From: Leidyana gryllorum EB-2025a
Taxonomy: Eukaryota; Protista; Apicomplexa
DNA length: 64,000 bases
Direction: 5' to 3'
Assembly (NCBI GenBank): GCA_048772705.1
Contig: JBLWGC010000182.1
Coordinates: forward strand, 1 to 64,000
Made by a program: the position numbers and the translations under genes. Below, piece after piece: positions 61,379 through 64,000 of this stretch (its first letter is position 1; each line of letters starts with the position of its first letter). A model generated the notes under the pieces. That model saw only the letters and a program-made list of their open reading frames with translations, had not been told where the DNA came from and made no database searches.

Positions 61379-64000
61379 ATGTTGGCCTGGCTGTTGCTGA
61401 TAATCGGCTGTGCAGTGGCTGTTGATGAGGGTTCGCAGATAGCTAGCCTAAGACCCACAGAGGGGCCGGTTTCAGGAGTCAGTCGTTTTTGAATAAGTGA
61501 GGTCACATGTGCATCGCTGGCAGGGAACTCGTGTGACTATCAAAGGATACGGCTTTCAACCGGACGGTAACAAGTCCAAGCTCTATGTTCATTTTGATGT
61601 GATCGATGAGGAGTATCACATCATCGAGGCCAAGGTCTTATCTGACTGGAAAGCTGAGTTTGTAACACCGGAGTTGAACAGTACCGCTTTGCGTGCGAAA
61701 CGACCTCTCACAGATCGTGAGTCAGAGTTTGGGAACCAGGGACGGCACCAGGTACAACCACGCGCGATAAATGTATTTGTGTGTACCCTGTTCAGATGGC
61801 TCTGGTGTCAGTTCACTTTTCACCTGATCCATTGAGGGATGTCGAGAGTCCCGAGGCATTCAAGATTTACGAAGTGCCATCGATCGGGTCGATTTGGCCC
61901 GCGGAAGTGGAGAGCTCGCCGGGTGGGCACGAGTGCTTTCTGCTCGGATCAAACTTCTTTGCGTCGGATCACATCCGCGTGAAAATTGATGGAGCGCAGG
62001 ATACCTCGATAGTGGAAGGTGCGCGGCCCTATGAGCGGCAGATCGAGCGACTCTGACAATGCAGGTTTCTTTGATGTTCTACCTGTGGACCCAGGATCAG
62101 GACAATTGGTTAGTTCCTACACAACAAATCCGTCTAAATCCCGAATATAGAAGCCAGTTAGGGTGGTAACGTTCAACAGCCCCCAATGGCCAACTGAGGA
62201 CAGTGAGTGTTGACCACACTGTGAGCGACCATGTTGTGACACAGATGCTACTGTATCAATATCGTTCAATGGACAGCAGTATCACACTGGACCAAGACCT
62301 GTCGTCTTGAGATTTCGAGGTACTCGGACCAATCATAGATCAATAATGGTGGTGCCGACTTTCTTACGCAGAGAACGCCTCTCTACTCAACAAAATGGTC
62401 CGTCAAATTAAGGAGGTTCCGGAGTCCGTCGAGCATCCGGGAGTAACCGAACTCTGGGAGGAGAATTCGCTGGCGTCTGCTGTGAACAACAGCGTACTGG
62501 GACTGCTGAATGTTCACAACGAGGAGCCAGAAACGGCAATGCTTTCTGTTGAGACGTCGATATCGCCATTCCACCAGTCTGGACTACGACGCGCTATCAA
62601 TCACCATGGCAGACTGGGATCTACTGATCTTCTCAAACTGAAATTGGTCGACGGCAAAGGCAACGATTGGGTGCTCGCGAGACCTGTACGCACCAGTGAT
62701 GTGCATCCCGACTTCCGCTTCCTGGCCGATGCCTTTGTCATGGTAAAGAGGACACTCATTATTCCTCCAACACGCACACACACACACACCTCAGACTATA
62801 CTGACTGCGTTTCTGGGTGTCTTGGCGAGTGAGTGCTGCAAAGTTGTAAGAGAATGAGAAGGTGTCACAGCTTACTGCAAGGCACCAGCTGTGTTGGGCT
62901 ATTTGTTAGCGGGACTTTTGGTGTCGAGTTCATCGCCGGTCTGGTTCCCCTATCACGTCCAACAAGCAATTCAAATGACCTCTCTGGCCAACTTTGGGGG
63001 AACAATGATGTTATTTGAGATAGGTGAGAGCGGACTGAAGGACCGGTTGTGCAGCAGCGACTCGTAGGTCGAAGTTTGACCCTTCAACGCTTTCTTAAAG
63101 TGGGTCGAGTACTGATCTGGGGCGGAGTAGGAGGATTGGTTATGGCCGCCGTTGTCTTCAGTGCCATCAGTTTGACATTGAGGTGAGACTATTCAATTTT
63201 ACAGAGAGTGTCGCGCATTCATTACAGATCATCGGTGGTGGAGGCCATAATCATTGGGTGGTATCTGATGATGTCGTCAACTGCATTGGTGTCTGCAGAA
63301 CTTGATCTGAATACCGAGCGTGCCAGGGTGAGATTATGGATCAGTCAACTAGTCAGGCGACTAAGGAATCGGGGATCCCAATTTAATCCCACTCCCACCG
63401 CAGACCCGTGTAGGTGACGCCATGGTGGCAATCTTGGTGCTCCAAGATGTGGCTTTGGGGCTTCAACTATCATCCATACCGTATCTCCGTCTGGCCCAGA
63501 TCAGGAGTACTCATGTGGAGGGTATCTTGAAGAATCGTATCATCCGGATTCTGGCCATCGGCTCATCTCTGGTGTTCCATCTTTGCGCACAGCTGCTGGT
63601 GTTCACTACGGTTGCTATTGCCATCTCTTTCATTCTGTTACCGATGATTTGGAGGATTCTCGCCCGCACTCGCAACGAAGAAGCATTTATGCTCAGCACT
63701 GTGGCATATATATTCATGATGGCTCTAGCTGCCGAAAGTGAGTTTACAGTCTCTGCCTATGTTTGTCTCTCTCTCCCTCTGTGTCTCCCTCTGTATCTCA
63801 ACGGCTTTCTTCATCGATCGATCAGAATGTGGGCTCTCCCTCGAGATGGGAGCATTTATCGCTGGTTTCGCCTACACACAGCTACCAGAGCCGTTGCTGC
63901 AGCTGAGCTCCAAGATGACGACTTCGATGAATCAACTGTTTTCTGCGCTATTCTTCTGCAGCATTGGTGGGTATCTGTGATTATCCGCCATACGAAAGGT
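61379..64000 (+). CDS. CPA2 K+/H+ antiporter (KEA4-6/TMCO3-like) with N-terminal IPT/TIG domains; runs off window end
   Basis: Signal peptide MLAWLLLIIGCAVA; IASLRPTEGPVSG|GTRVTIKGYGF (TIG); LVDGKGNDWVLARP..DFRFLAD; MMSSTALV, AILVLQDVALG, GLSLEMGAFIAG, LFSALFFCSIG. Confidence 0.88.

Overview
Eukaryotic, gene-dense DNA with many short (about 35-55 bp) GT-AG introns. A CCp/LCCL multidomain adhesin and an alveolin-like gene point to an apicomplexan; the presence of Ty3/Gypsy elements suggests a gregarine (inference). Bases 1-~13,000 are a repeat and retroelement patch. It holds three copies of a hairpin-terminated element, 11-bp and 43-bp minisatellites, a polypurine tract (PPT)/LTR remnant, a broken Ty3/Gypsy RNaseH-integrase, an 8.4-copy ~375-bp array with a conserved structured core, and a gag-like pseudogene. 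Bases ~13,100-64,000 hold about 25 tightly packed genes: ankyrin protein, Ran, GCN2-like kinase, ppGalNAc-T, CCp/LCCL, hemerythrin-PAS, NADP-IDH, PRP31, uL13, KH-RGG, CBM20, PTAR1-like, DAD1, SLC35, RMD1, ASCC1, P4H-like, UBC9, Pho80-type cyclin, alveolin-like, SulP and IPT/TIG-KEA antiporter. The best novelty candidate is a spliced gene at 28654-31231, fragmented in the ORF track. It encodes an insertion-split myohemerythrin-type di-iron domain with all 7 ligands, a PAS-like domain and a basic tail, i.e. a possible O2/iron/NO sensor. All gene models were spliced by eye and all family calls come from motif recognition; no searches were run.
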